Made by a program: the position numbers and the translations under genes. Below the pieces are notes generated by a model. The model worked only from the letters and a program-made list of their open reading frames with translations, was not told the origin of the DNA and ran no database searches. DNA of 64,000 nucleotides from Dimorphilus gyrociliatus (taxonomy: Eukaryota; Animalia; Annelida). The stretch spans positions 1-64,000 of the forward strand of contig CAJFCJ010000096.1 of assembly GCA_904063045.1 (NCBI GenBank), given 5' to 3'. Positions 1 to 10,196 of this stretch are shown here, one piece after another. The stretch's first letter is position 1; each line of letters begins with the position of its first letter.

Positions 1-258
1 GATCTAACTGAAAATCAATGTATGCTAATTGGAAATCTTTTGAAAGTTTGTTCTAAAATAGAAGCAATCAGTTTGTGTGGCAATAGGAATATGAGAAGTG
101 GATTATCAAAGATTTTTCTTGAACTTGCTCATTCATCAAATACTTTTAAAAAAATATATTTGACTTGGTGTAATGTAACTGAAGATCAATCAACATTTAT
201 TGTAAATATACTAAAAAATTATCCAAGAATAGATTGTTATCCAAAAATTAAACTTTAA
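1..258 (+). CDS. 3' end of an RI-type LRR gene (partial, runs off the window start)
   Basis: Frame is open from base 1 (DLTENQCMLIGNLLKVCSKIEAISLCGNRNMRSGL...). Same repeat consensus as the LRR ORF at 4397-6112. Confidence 0.75.
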   Translation, partial: DLTENQCMLIGNLLKVCSKIEAISLCGNRNMRSGLSKIFLELAHSSNTFKKIYLTWCNVTEDQSTFIVNILKNYPRIDCYPKIKL

Positions 259-499
259 AAGAATGAAATATGTTTATTGGAAGAATATGATAGAATTATG
301 GGATATGTCAAGATACTCTCTCTTCCCATCATTCCTCAAAAAAAGAGGGAAGCAATGACCAGAAAAACCAGTCTGGAATTTTGTCTCTAAGAGAATTTTT
401 TCATTGCTTTGGCTGTGAGTCACATTATTCCGGACAATGGTTTGGGGACTAATATTTTTGCTACTTTTGTATTTGATGTACTTATCCTATCCCCATTCC

Positions 500-665
500 A
501 GCATACAGTATTTGATAGCAAGTCCAGATTTTTGTTTATAAGTTGGTAGGAGCATTTTTAAATTTTCTCCCATAGTTCATCTTCTGATGTGAATTGTGCG
601 CCATCATACACCAAACTTTTAGTCAGGTGCCACACATTTTCTATTGGGCTGAGATCAGGGTCAAT
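500..665 (-). mobile_element. Tc1-like transposase C-terminal relic
   Basis: Minus strand reads PDLSPIENVWHLTKSLVYDGAQFTSEDELWEKIK, matching the Tc1 SPDLNPIENxW motif, then a stop. Confidence 0.65.
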
Positions 666-1091
666 TGATTCGATGTATGCTGTTCACCCTGAATGGAAAA
701 TTAATTTTGTTGAAAAAAATTTCAGTTTAAGATGTCTTTTTAAACGCAAAACCGGATGTAATTCAGATGTAAGGTTAATTTGGACTTATGGCCAAATAAA
801 GAAAAAAACAATGAAATTTTCACAAATATGATAATTTTCATAAATAAAACTCTTTCTTTATGAAAATTTAGACAAAAAACAAATTTAAAACAAAGATAAC
901 ATTTTTGGGGTGTTTTAAAAATTGGCCCATCCAAATTTACGGTGTCCAGGTATTATAACTTGAAAAAATAGTTTTTAGTTTTTACACGTAGAATTCTTTC
1001 TGTAACATTTCAATTGTATAGCTGTACTGTATGTATTTAAATAGTTCTTCTCTTTTGTTCAGAAACCCTGAACAACCCTGTTCAACTTAGT

Positions 1092-1574
1092 TTATTTTCC
1101 GAGTTCAAAAAATCTGGATACGCCACATCTACTTGCACAGACTCCAGTTAGGCCAGATGCTATACAAGCAGCATAACATATTTTTTTCAAATTGTCCTCA
1201 TTTTTCAACTAAAAAATAACACAGATAGCAAGTGAGTCCTTTCTAAATTTTAACATTTGACTTACCAGTTTCAATGTAGACAATTTAATGGTTCTTGGTG
1301 TATTGCAAGTTGAACCAGCATTTGCTCTGCTTCCATCAATTCCAGCCATTACAAACTCACAAATAACAGCTGTTTCCAAACTATCCAAATCATCGCTCTT
1401 TCATCGAAATAAATGTTATTATTAAAAAGAGAAAGTTGGATAGAACAAACTATTAATACTAACACCTCTCTTGACCAATTCGTCCCCTTCTTCTCTCAGC
1501 AGATCAAGTAAAGAGGAACTTTGGCATACTTGCAAAACCAGTGCAATAACAACAATTGCTGATACAAATTTCAT
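1092..1574 (-). CDS. Putative small secreted Cys-rich peptide precursor (multi-exon)
   Basis: Exon 1 MKFVSAIVVIALVLQVCQSSSLLDLLREEGDELVKR has a signal peptide, acidic pro-piece and KR. Last exon 1208-1092 follows a ttttttag acceptor and reads LKNEDNLKKICYAACIASGLTGVCASRCGVSRFFELGK*. The middle exon is unresolved. Confidence 0.55.
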
Positions 1575-1959
1575 GTCTTCTTCTTGAAGATTCTAACTTC
1601 TAAATTGTAGGAAATGATCATTTTTACAGAAGGCTCTTCCCTTTATATACATTTATGATTTAAATGAAAAGCTTTTTAGCTTAAAAGCTTATCCAACCAG
1701 TTTCTGGTCTATATTTAAAACATTGACATATATACAGGATAAATAGTTTACCAGATTATTTATAAATAAGCATTGAATTCAGTTTATCATTTAATCTACA
1801 AAATTGTGAAAATAACAAAAATAAACTAGTTAAGCATGACTGCTTTGAAAAAAGTCCAAATAATGCATACCTAAACCACAAATACGGCAAATTCAACAGC
1901 CCTCAAAACTATTTTAGTAAATTAGCTTTCGATATACAAAACAGAACAACGGCAAAGGA

Positions 1960-2160
1960 CTATTGAAACAAGTTTTGGCATTACTTTTTCTTCCAGATGA
2001 AGCTATTCTAAACAGTTTTTACATGCTAAAAGAGGAGGTCTTTGAGAGAAATGAATTTTTGGATTTTTTTCCAATACATTGAAAGTACTTGGATTAAGCA
2101 TTCAATTTGGACAGCAGATTGTTGGTCTGTATTTGGTCTTGCCATCAAGACCAACACTCC
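1960..2160 (+). mobile_element. Mutator (MULE) transposase relic
   Basis: KQVLALLFLPDEAILNSF ... FQYIESTWIKHSIWTADCWSVFGLAIKTN resembles the MULE C-terminal LALxFLP / YxExTWI / WSV / RTNN motifs; frameshifted. Confidence 0.6.
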
Positions 2161-2225
2161 TTGGGACGTTTTTTCCCATACTCACTGTGTCAAATCAATC
2201 ACAATATTTTTGGGTTGTTCTCCAT

Positions 2226-2430
2226 GGGACCGGTCGAAAACTTCCATAAAAGAAATATTTGAAAGTTAGATTTCAGCCTGGGAAATGGTTAGGAGGAATA
2301 AGATAACTGTTGATATGTTCTTAGGAGGGTCCCATCTAAGGGTTAGGGGTATTCAAAAAGGTTAGGCAAAAACAAGGGCTGGGTTAGGGTTAGGGTAAAA
2401 CCATAGATATATGGCCGTTCTACCACATCC
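2226..2430 (+). mobile_element. Mutator-type MITE, copy 1 (205 bp)
   Basis: Imperfect ~25-bp TIRs, flanked by the 9-bp direct repeat GTTCTCCAT (2217-2225 and 2431-2439). Near-identical to the copies at 29647 and 46740. Confidence 0.9.
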
Positions 2431-2784
2431 GTTCTCCATCTAAAAGTTTTAGTATTTTTTTAAAATTATAGATATATTTGTACCACTTCAGACAGAACAT
2501 TTTTTAAAAATTTAAATGGATGTTATTGAAAACACCCACAGTTTTGTGGTTTACCCAAAATAACTTCAAAATGGGCGTTTTTAATTGCTCCCGATTAAAG
2601 TGTTAAAGAAACCCGATTATTATTGATTTGTTTGGTCATGTTGGTAAAAAGCACATATTTAGATATGAATAATAGATGGACAGAAAATGTCCTAGAAAGA
2701 AGAGAAAACATTCATGAAATGCCAAAATAATCTATTATTATTATAATATTATATTCATATATAAATTTATATATACTGTATATA

Positions 2785-3512
2785 CAGTATAGACAAAAGT
2801 CCCTAGCCCCAGTTTAGATATTAAGCTATACAAAACAACTACTTTGATTTGGCAATAATAATCATTAATATGTATAAACTAATATTCTTTATCAAAAAAT
2901 TGTTTTTCTTTTATAAAATCCAGTTTTAGTAATTATACCTCGAAAAAAAGGGAGTTGTTAAAAATGAGTCACCATCTATTTTATCAAATATTTTACATAA
3001 AATTTACCTTAGGACACTGTTTTACAATTTATATATATGAACTATTATAACATTTTATAAAAATATAGTAATAATACTTTTAAACTTTTTTAATACTTAG
3101 TATGACCAGCCTTATTGAAAAGACACTGCTGTAGCCTCTTTCTAAAACTATTAAGCCATTTTTCAACATATTCAGTTGGAATATTGTCAAATTCTTGCTG
3201 TGTTGCCCTCCTTAGATCATCTACATTTGTGCATGTATGTTTATCAGCCCTTCCTTTTATGTATGACCATAAATTTTCAATAGGATTTAGGTCAGGACTC
3301 TGGGCTGGCCAGTCTTCCATGTTTCTTATGTTCTTTTTATTTAGATACCTTAAGATACTCCTAGATGTATGGCATGGAGCACCATCCTGCATGAATACAT
3401 GATCTCTATTGTAATTCTCTAGAAAAGATTTATCAAGAATTTCTTGATATTTTTCTGAATTTAAATTGCTTTTATATAAATGTATACCGAAAGTGCTACA
3501 AGAAGAAGGCAA
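2785..3512 (-). mobile_element. Tc1-like (DD35E) element, 3' half with terminal repeat
   Basis: ORF 3090-3512 contains FMQDGAPCH...WPAQSPDLNPIENLW. TA|CAGTATAGACAAAAGTCCC at 2785 matches the end of the copy at 13140. There is a ~265-bp insertion between the stop and the TIR. Confidence 0.85.
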
Positions 3513-4396
3513 CCAGCTTGATAAGTAACTATTAGACTAAAACAAAAAATAGAAATTTATAAAATAAAACAAGACAAAATAATTAATTAAGCTTATATGG
3601 ATTTTTTTGGCGCACCTTTTTGCCTCTTTTTTTAAGATAAATAAACAAAAAAACTATATGAGTGTATTCTACTAGTACAGTTCTATATATATATTCCAGT
3701 GACAAGATATTTACTGCACTATGAGTAAAGGGAACCTTTGTATTCGGACCAATATCATAACTATTCTTCTTTTACTGGGTCATTTATTATTATGAACTCC
3801 AAGAATATCAATAATTTTTGTACATCAATCCAACAATTTTGTGATGGAATCAATCATTGTACATATGTTATGAAAGCCATTTTTTTGACAACAGCTCGGA
3901 GAAACAATCCTTTACATTCAGGCTCTTCGATAGCTAAAAATTTTAATAATAGAACCTTTCATAAAGCTATTAAATATAAATATAGTAATTCATTTAATAC
4001 TTTAAAGAAAATACAATAAATTGAAAGTGTTGTCAGCACCTCCTGACACTACCTCTCTACACAACTAAAGTCCATGTTTTAGGAATACCCTTTTATATTT
4101 CTAAATATAGAAAAAATTGAGAAAAAAAATCAATTTACCATTTCAAAATGGCCGCCAATCAACGTTTCAGGAATGAAGATTACTCTACATGTGGAAGTTG
4201 TTTGGTATCTTGAGTAGGATTTTATTCTGAAAGTGCTTCCTAGTAAATAACCATGCTGTTTTATATAAACTCAAAAACTGTCAATTGTAAAATATTTTAG
4301 AAGGACTGCAAAAAATCTTAAACATTTTTAAGATTCATTATTTACATAATTGTTTTTTGAAGAACAGAGTTGATTGATTGAAATTTTTCTAAAACA

Positions 4397-6112
4397 TTGT
4401 TCACCATTGAGGCAATAAGTCTATCTGGGAAAAGAGAGATGAGCAAGGGATTATTGAATATTTGTGAAGGACTTCAAATGTCATCGAATACTCTTAAATG
4501 TCTTAATTTTAATAGATGTAATTTAAATGAAGATCAAAGTGAACAAATTGGAAATTTGCTAAAACATTGTTCTGCAATAGAAACCATAAATCTGTCTGAG
4601 AATGAAGAGATGGGTAAAGGAATATCAAATATTTGTGAAGGACTTCAAATGTCATCAAACAATTTGAAGAATCTGGATTTAAAGCTATGTAATTTAAATG
4701 AAGATCAAAGTGCACAAATTGGAAATTTGCTAAAACATTATTCTGCAATAGAAACAATAAATCTGTCAGAGAATAAAGAAATGGGTAAGGGAATATTGGA
4801 TATTTGTGAAGGCCTTCAAACATCATCAAAAACTTTAAAAAGTCTTAATTTTAATAGGTGTAATTTAAATGAGGATCAAAGTGCACAAATTGGAAATTTG
4901 CTGAAAAATTGTACTGCAATAGAAACTATAAATCTGTTGAGGAGTGACTTTGCTAAAGGAATATTGAAAATTTGTGAAGGACTTCAAATGTCATCAAACA
5001 CTTTAAAGAATTTGGATTTAAGTTTATGTTATTTAAATGAAGAACAAAGTACACAGATTGGAAATTTGCTAAAACATTGTTCTAGAATTGAAGCAATAAG
5101 TCTGTCTGAGAATAGACAGATGGGTAAGGGAGTATTAAACATTTGTGAAGGACTTCGAATGTCTGCAAATACTTTAAAGAGTCTTAATTTTAATAGGTGT
5201 AATATAACTGAAGATCAAAGTACACAAATTGGAAATTTGCTGAAAAATTGTACTGCAATAGAAACAGTAAATCTATTAGGGAATAGGTTGGGTAATGGAA
5301 TGTTGAATGTTTGTGAAGGACTTCAATTATCATCAAACAGTTTGAAGAATCTGGATTTAAGTTTATGCCAATTGAATGAAGAACAATGCACACAGCTTGA
5401 AAATGTACTAAAGAATTGTTATAGAATTGAAAGAATAGGTCTTTTTGTGTACAGAAATACGAGTAACGAAATAATGAACATTTTTGAAAGACTTCAAATA
5501 TCATCAGATACATTAAAGAATCTTAACTTAAATAGATATAATTTAAATGAAGATGAAAGTACACAGATTGGAAATTGGCTAAAACATTACTCCAGAATAG
5601 AATCTATAGATCTATCTAAGAATAGAGAGATGGGTAGGGGAATATTGAATATTTGTGAAGGACTTCAAATGTCATCAAACACTTTAAAGAGTCTTAATTT
5701 TAATATGTGTAATTTAGATGAAGATCAAAGTATACAGGTTGGAAATTTACTAAAAAATTGTTCTAGAATTGAAGCAATAAGTCTGTCCTGCAACAGACAA
5801 ATGGGTAAGGGACTTTTCAATATTTGTGAAGGACTTCAAATGTCATCAAATACTTTAAAGAGTCTTCATTTAAATGGATGTATTTTAAATGAAGATCAAA
5901 GTATACAGGTTGGAAATTTGTTAAAACATTGTTGCAAAATAGAAACAATGTATCTTTTGTGGAATAGACAGATGGGTAAAGGAATAATAAATATTTGTGA
6001 AGGACTTCGAATGTCATCAAATACTTTTAAGAATCTTAATTTAAAAAGGTGTAATTTAATTAAACCTCAAAATACGCAAATTGGAAATTTGCTGAAACTT
6101 TTTTCTGAATAG
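4397..6112 (+). CDS. LRR-only ORF, about ten 57-aa (28+29) RI/NLR-type double repeats
   Basis: 171-bp periodicity, with consensus CNLNEDQSxQIGNLLKHCSxIExIxLSxNxxMGKGxxNICEGLQMSSNTLKxLxx. The first ATG is at 4439 and frameshifted repeats flank both ends. Confidence 0.85.
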   Translation: MFTIEAISLSGKREMSKGLLNICEGLQMSSNTLKCLNFNRCNLNEDQSEQIGNLLKHCSAIETINLSENEEMGKGISNICEGLQMSSNNLKNLDLKLCNLNEDQSAQIGNLLKHYSAIETINLSENKEMGKGILDICEGLQTSSKTLKSLNFNRCNLNEDQSAQIGNLLKNCTAIETINLLRSDFAKGILKICEGLQMSSNTLKNLDLSLCYLNEEQSTQIGNLLKHCSRIEAISLSENRQMGKGVLNICEGLRMSANTLKSLNFNRCNITEDQSTQIGNLLKNCTAIETVNLLGNRLGNGMLNVCEGLQLSSNSLKNLDLSLCQLNEEQCTQLENVLKNCYRIERIGLFVYRNTSNEIMNIFERLQISSDTLKNLNLNRYNLNEDESTQIGNWLKHYSRIESIDLSKNREMGRGILNICEGLQMSSNTLKSLNFNMCNLDEDQSIQVGNLLKNCSRIEAISLSCNRQMGKGLFNICEGLQMSSNTLKSLHLNGCILNEDQSIQVGNLLKHCCKIETMYLLWNRQMGKGIINICEGLRMSSNTFKNLNLKRCNLIKPQNTQIGNLLKLFSE

Positions 6113-6793
6113 AACCAATAGATCTATCTGTCAAGGGGTTGAGTGTGAATATGTAATAATTCTATTATTGAAGTTTTGAATGAATTGTTTGGCCATAAAT
6201 GTATAAACTGTTCTCTTGATTAGATAGAGTTATATTTCTTTAATTAATTTGAACCAAGTGCTTTTTGCAAGATTTAATAGAGATAAATATAACTATGCTT
6301 TCTTGTGGATTATTGAAGTACAATATTCGATTTAAAGTACTATCTTCAATTTTTCAACTAAGTCAATATATTTCATAAATGAAATTGAATAGTTGGAAAA
6401 AAATTATTAATAACTTTCTACCTGATGAACTCTGCAGAGAGACATTTGTGAAAATAGGGAAAGGAATTTAATCTTTATAACAAACTCAAAACATCAGTCG
6501 TATCTGATAAATAAACTTGAATAGTTTAAAAATCAACATGCTGGCTTGTGGTAGTATCATACATTATTGAAATTATAATATTAATCCATTGTTCAGCAAA
6601 TTTAAAAGTATAATTGTAGCATTTTACATAGTTTGAGTATGGAAAATCTAAGATCACAGATGAAGCTGAGTTTCAATCAACTCTTACTTTTGAATGATGG
6701 TTTGTCAACCTCCTGTCTGAAAATTGTACATTGTTTCTTTTTTTCTTGATTAGCTAGACTAAATATGGCATTTTTACTTCTTTCAATCAAATT

Positions 6794-7720
6794 TCACATA
6801 AAATAAAATCCTTTAGCAGACCCAGAGAATGAGGGAATCTGACTTAGCGACGCATAGTGACAATGACTCATTATATAGAATACATGATCAATGATTGTAA
6901 ACAGTGATGATGTGTGGGCTCTTTTTTCCATTGCACATATAAAGGCTCTGATAAATCTGCTTCCAGACCTTTCACCAGATAGACCTGCATATCCTTCAAA
7001 AAGACATTACTCTATCATAAGTGATTATCTGTTAGGATATCCATACCTTGAATTGTTGAATAGATTTGTAAGGTATCTCCGCCAGGAATTGCGTGTTCAG
7101 AAATGTATCTTTTTTTGCATATTTTCCCAGACTGTCTATTAGTTCTCAATTCATTTTCATGTTCAAACTCTTTGAAAACAGCTTCACATTCTTTTGTTTC
7201 TTTTTTATGGAAAACATAACCTGCAAAAACGTTTTTGAACAGTATTTAAATAGAAACTGGTACCATACTCATTACCTCCTAGACAAGTATTGAAAAAAAA
7301 TATTTTCGGTTTTAAGTCCAGCTCTGTACAGTTGGAAGAACTAAACTTATTAATTAAATCAGCATAGGCAAAAAAATCATTTGATTCTCTCCTTTTCTTT
7401 TGATTAGGTTTTAAATAAAACCCATTTTCATCTCCATGTGCCATTGTAAAGAATATTAATCCTCCAAACTTTTTCAATTTTTTTTTTAGTTTTTTCAAAA
7501 GTGCTTGAAACGTATCAATGTCAAGGTCATCCCAATGTTCAGTGGAATATTTCGTCTCAAAAGCTTGTTTAACAATTTGATTATGAATTGTTATGTTGAA
7601 TTTATTTATAGATTCAATGTTAAACAAGTTTTTTACGAGATGATTTTGTCAGTTCTCTAAACAATTTTTGTAAATTTTTAACATCAATCTTGCTTTCTTG
7701 TCGCCTATTCTTCTTAGTTT
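6794..7720 (-). CDS. Caspase (peptidase C14) domain, p20+p10, spliced
   Basis: Phase-consistent exons read RRQESKIDVKNLQKLF / FFTMAHGDENG..KPKIFFFNTCLG / IPGGDTLQIYSTIQG / YAGLSGERSGSRFI...QIPSFSGSAKGFYFM*. The His-Gly and Cys dyad are intact. Confidence 0.85.
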
Positions 7721-8104
7721 CACTATAATAAATGCTTATGTTATTGAACATGTTAGAACAGCTGTTTTAAAAAACTACAAATATCCTGAAAGATCAATTC
7801 TATCATCTCTAAATGTGCATATTTAACTTTCTAGAAGAGCTAACCCTAACATTACAATATGTAGAGAAGTGAACCTACTAAGTTTTTATGTTCAGTATTA
7901 TAACTTTGATAATCTTTCCTCTGGTGTCATAGATGGTCTGCAATGAAATAAAAAGAATGAATTAAGTAATAAAGTGTGTTTGAAGATTTTGCACTGATTC
8001 ACATAAAAGTGGCCACTAAGATTTTGGCTATTATTTATAATGTGTCAATGTGACAATGTTTAGAAATAAACCAATGCAAATCTTCTATATAATTTCTCTC
8101 TGTT

Positions 8105-9455
8105 TTAGACCTTTCCACACTCCATTTTAAATTGAAAATTATCTTTAAAATTTCTGTCTTTTCCAGTGAAAGGTATTATTAGTACATTCTCTAAAAGAAT
8201 AAAGAGTAAACTTTTATAGAAAAGAGGAAAGCAACTAACATTGAACTTACCATTTGATAGAAAATATTTATAAGAATCCAACTGTGTTTTAGGGAATTTG
8301 AAATGTGGAACACGATTTATCAAAGTCTTAGAGTCACTCTCATAAAGTGGGATATAATCAGGTGTCTTAAAAACTAAATAGTCCAATGTAGCTTTTGCAA
8401 TTGTTTTTGAACAGTTTTTTTTCTTCATGTGGCTCCTCTTCAATAAAAATGTTGTTATAAAAGCTGCCAGTGGATTGCTACAAACTTTTAGTATATTTGT
8501 AGTACTTGTCATTGAATTAAGATATTGATTTTTTTCACGTAACTGTTGAAAATATTCGTATGTTGATGAAAAGCCAATCACTTCTCTTTCATAGTCTGAT
8601 TTTACATTTTCAGCTGAAAAATTTCTTGAGAATATTACAACTGAATGTGGAAAATGAATAGGTTGGCCAGTAATTATTTTATAGAAGTCATTCTGTTCAT
8701 TATTCATTTTATCAAATTCATCCAAAAGAAATAAAATCCTTTTGCCTTTCTTTCCAAAATACTGCAGGAACCATTGGACACAGTAGATAGACTGCCAGAG
8801 ATCATTTTTCCATTGATTATATAGAGAAGTGTAGTATGATTCATTTTCCTTAACTTTACTCAAGTCAATTCTGATAATCAAATCTATATTCTCAATTTGA
8901 AAATGTTCAGGTTTTTTCATTATCTGTAAACATAGAAATGATTTTCCACTTCCTCCCTCTCCTTTTATCAACATTTTGAAACTTTTTTTCAAATTTACAA
9001 AAGATAGAGATACTTCTTTATTGTGCGTATCTGTAATCTTTAATGGTTTGTAAGCTTTGTCAAAATCTATGTTTTCATGTTTCCTAATTAACTTTTTATT
9101 CAAAAGAAAATTTGAAATGTTTTGTAAAATTTCATTGCAAACATGTTGAATTGAATCTTTCACAATGGTTTGATTACGATTTAGAAAAATTTCGGAAATT
9201 TGTTCCAAAACCTCTTCAGTATAAACAGGTCCAATTTCTTCCAATAACTTGCATCTTATACCCAGATGTTCATCATAAACTATATGTAGATTAGTAAAAT
9301 TTGGAGAATACTTTGTCCAATATTTGCTTTCACTTTGCAGTTTCTCCTTCTTCAGAATATCTTGAAATTTCACAGACCATTTAATAAAAAATTGGACAAA
9401 CTTAAATTCTATCTTTTCTCCTAGTAATGCAGATTCAATATTACTGGTTTGCTTC
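8105..9455 (-). CDS. NACHT (STAND) NTPase exon, intact module
   Basis: Walker A GEGGSGKS, Walker B ILFLLDEFD, sensor-1 VVIFSR, EVIGFS and CSNPL. The acceptor at ~9455 is in frame with the ORF. Confidence 0.85.
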
Positions 9456-9518
9456 TGAAAACAAACAGAAGGTTAAAAATTAACAATGAAACTGTAGTGA
9501 ACAGTTTCTATATAGAAT

Positions 9519-10139
9519 TTATTTTACTTTTCTTGGCAGCTTCCATTTATGAAGTGTATGTGGGCCTAACAGACGAAATCCATCCATTTCTTCGGAATTA
9601 TTATTGATTAAAATTGAATGAGGAAAATTTTCAGTTTCTCCATTCAATATTTCACGGAATGCACTTGGAACTGTTCCATTAGGATCATATTTTGTAATCA
9701 GAAAAGTTATTGTATAGTTATTTTCTTTGCAAAATGTAAAAAATTTAGAAATCATCTCTTCTGTGTATTCATTGAAAATTTGTTTCTCTAAAGTTTTTAA
9801 ATAGGTTTCATTCTTCTCAATTTTATTAAAATTTAGTTTCAAAAATATTACTGTATCTAATTCCTTCAGGCCAGGAAATTGACTACCAAATTGACATCTG
9901 TAATAGTTAGAATGGTTACTCTTTTTAAAGTACTCAAAATACATCAGCCATTTTCCAAAATAGAATTTGTAGATATGAGAAATATTCTCTCTTAATTCTG
10001 ATTCATAATATTCTTCTACATGATACATGTGTATGATAGGAAAAAATTCATTATCCTCGGACAATAAAGTCTGTAATTGCTGTCTTTTCTCCTCCATCAA
10101 ACAATTTTTTTGTACCAAATTATATACAGTTTCACTCAT
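9519..10139 (-). CDS. Degenerate NACHT-like module 2
   Basis: Aligns by eye to the intact module (IFLKLNFNKI..ETY, ILNGETENFPHSILI) but has no P-loop. The phase-0 donor AAA|gtaaaa joins the next exon. Confidence 0.6.
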   Translation of the reverse strand: MSETVYNLVQKNCLMEEKRQQLQTLLSEDNEFFPIIHMYHVEEYYESELRENISHIYKFYFGKWLMYFEYFKKSNHSNYYRCQFGSQFPGLKELDTVIFLKLNFNKIEKNETYLKTLEKQIFNEYTEEMISKFFTFCKENNYTITFLITKYDPNGTVPSAFREILNGETENFPHSILINNNSEEMDGFRLLGPHTLHKWKLPRKVK

Positions 10140-10196
10140 ACTGTTCTCTGAAGGAGAAAAAATCTGTTTGTTTGAAAAAAATGCGTGATTATTACA

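Noticed and set aside
1266-1390. C-type-lectin-like reading (FGNSCY..EFV..ANAGSTC)
   Set aside because: Needs a frameshift and lacks the rest of the domain. Kept only as an alternative for the unresolved middle exon of the peptide gene.
938-3020. TACGGTGTCC / GGACACTGT as TIRs of one large element
   Set aside because: The match is only about 10 bp, and the interior is unrelated mixed sequence.
3115-5513. Antisense ORFs such as 3115-3402, 4509-4829 and 5190-5513 (also 17597-18570, 12267-12575, 62350-62703)
   Set aside because: These are shadows of real coding sequence on the other strand and have no independent motifs.
4397-6112. Regular 171-bp periodicity as a CRISPR array or satellite
   Set aside because: It is in-frame LRR coding sequence with no unique spacers, in a eukaryotic context.
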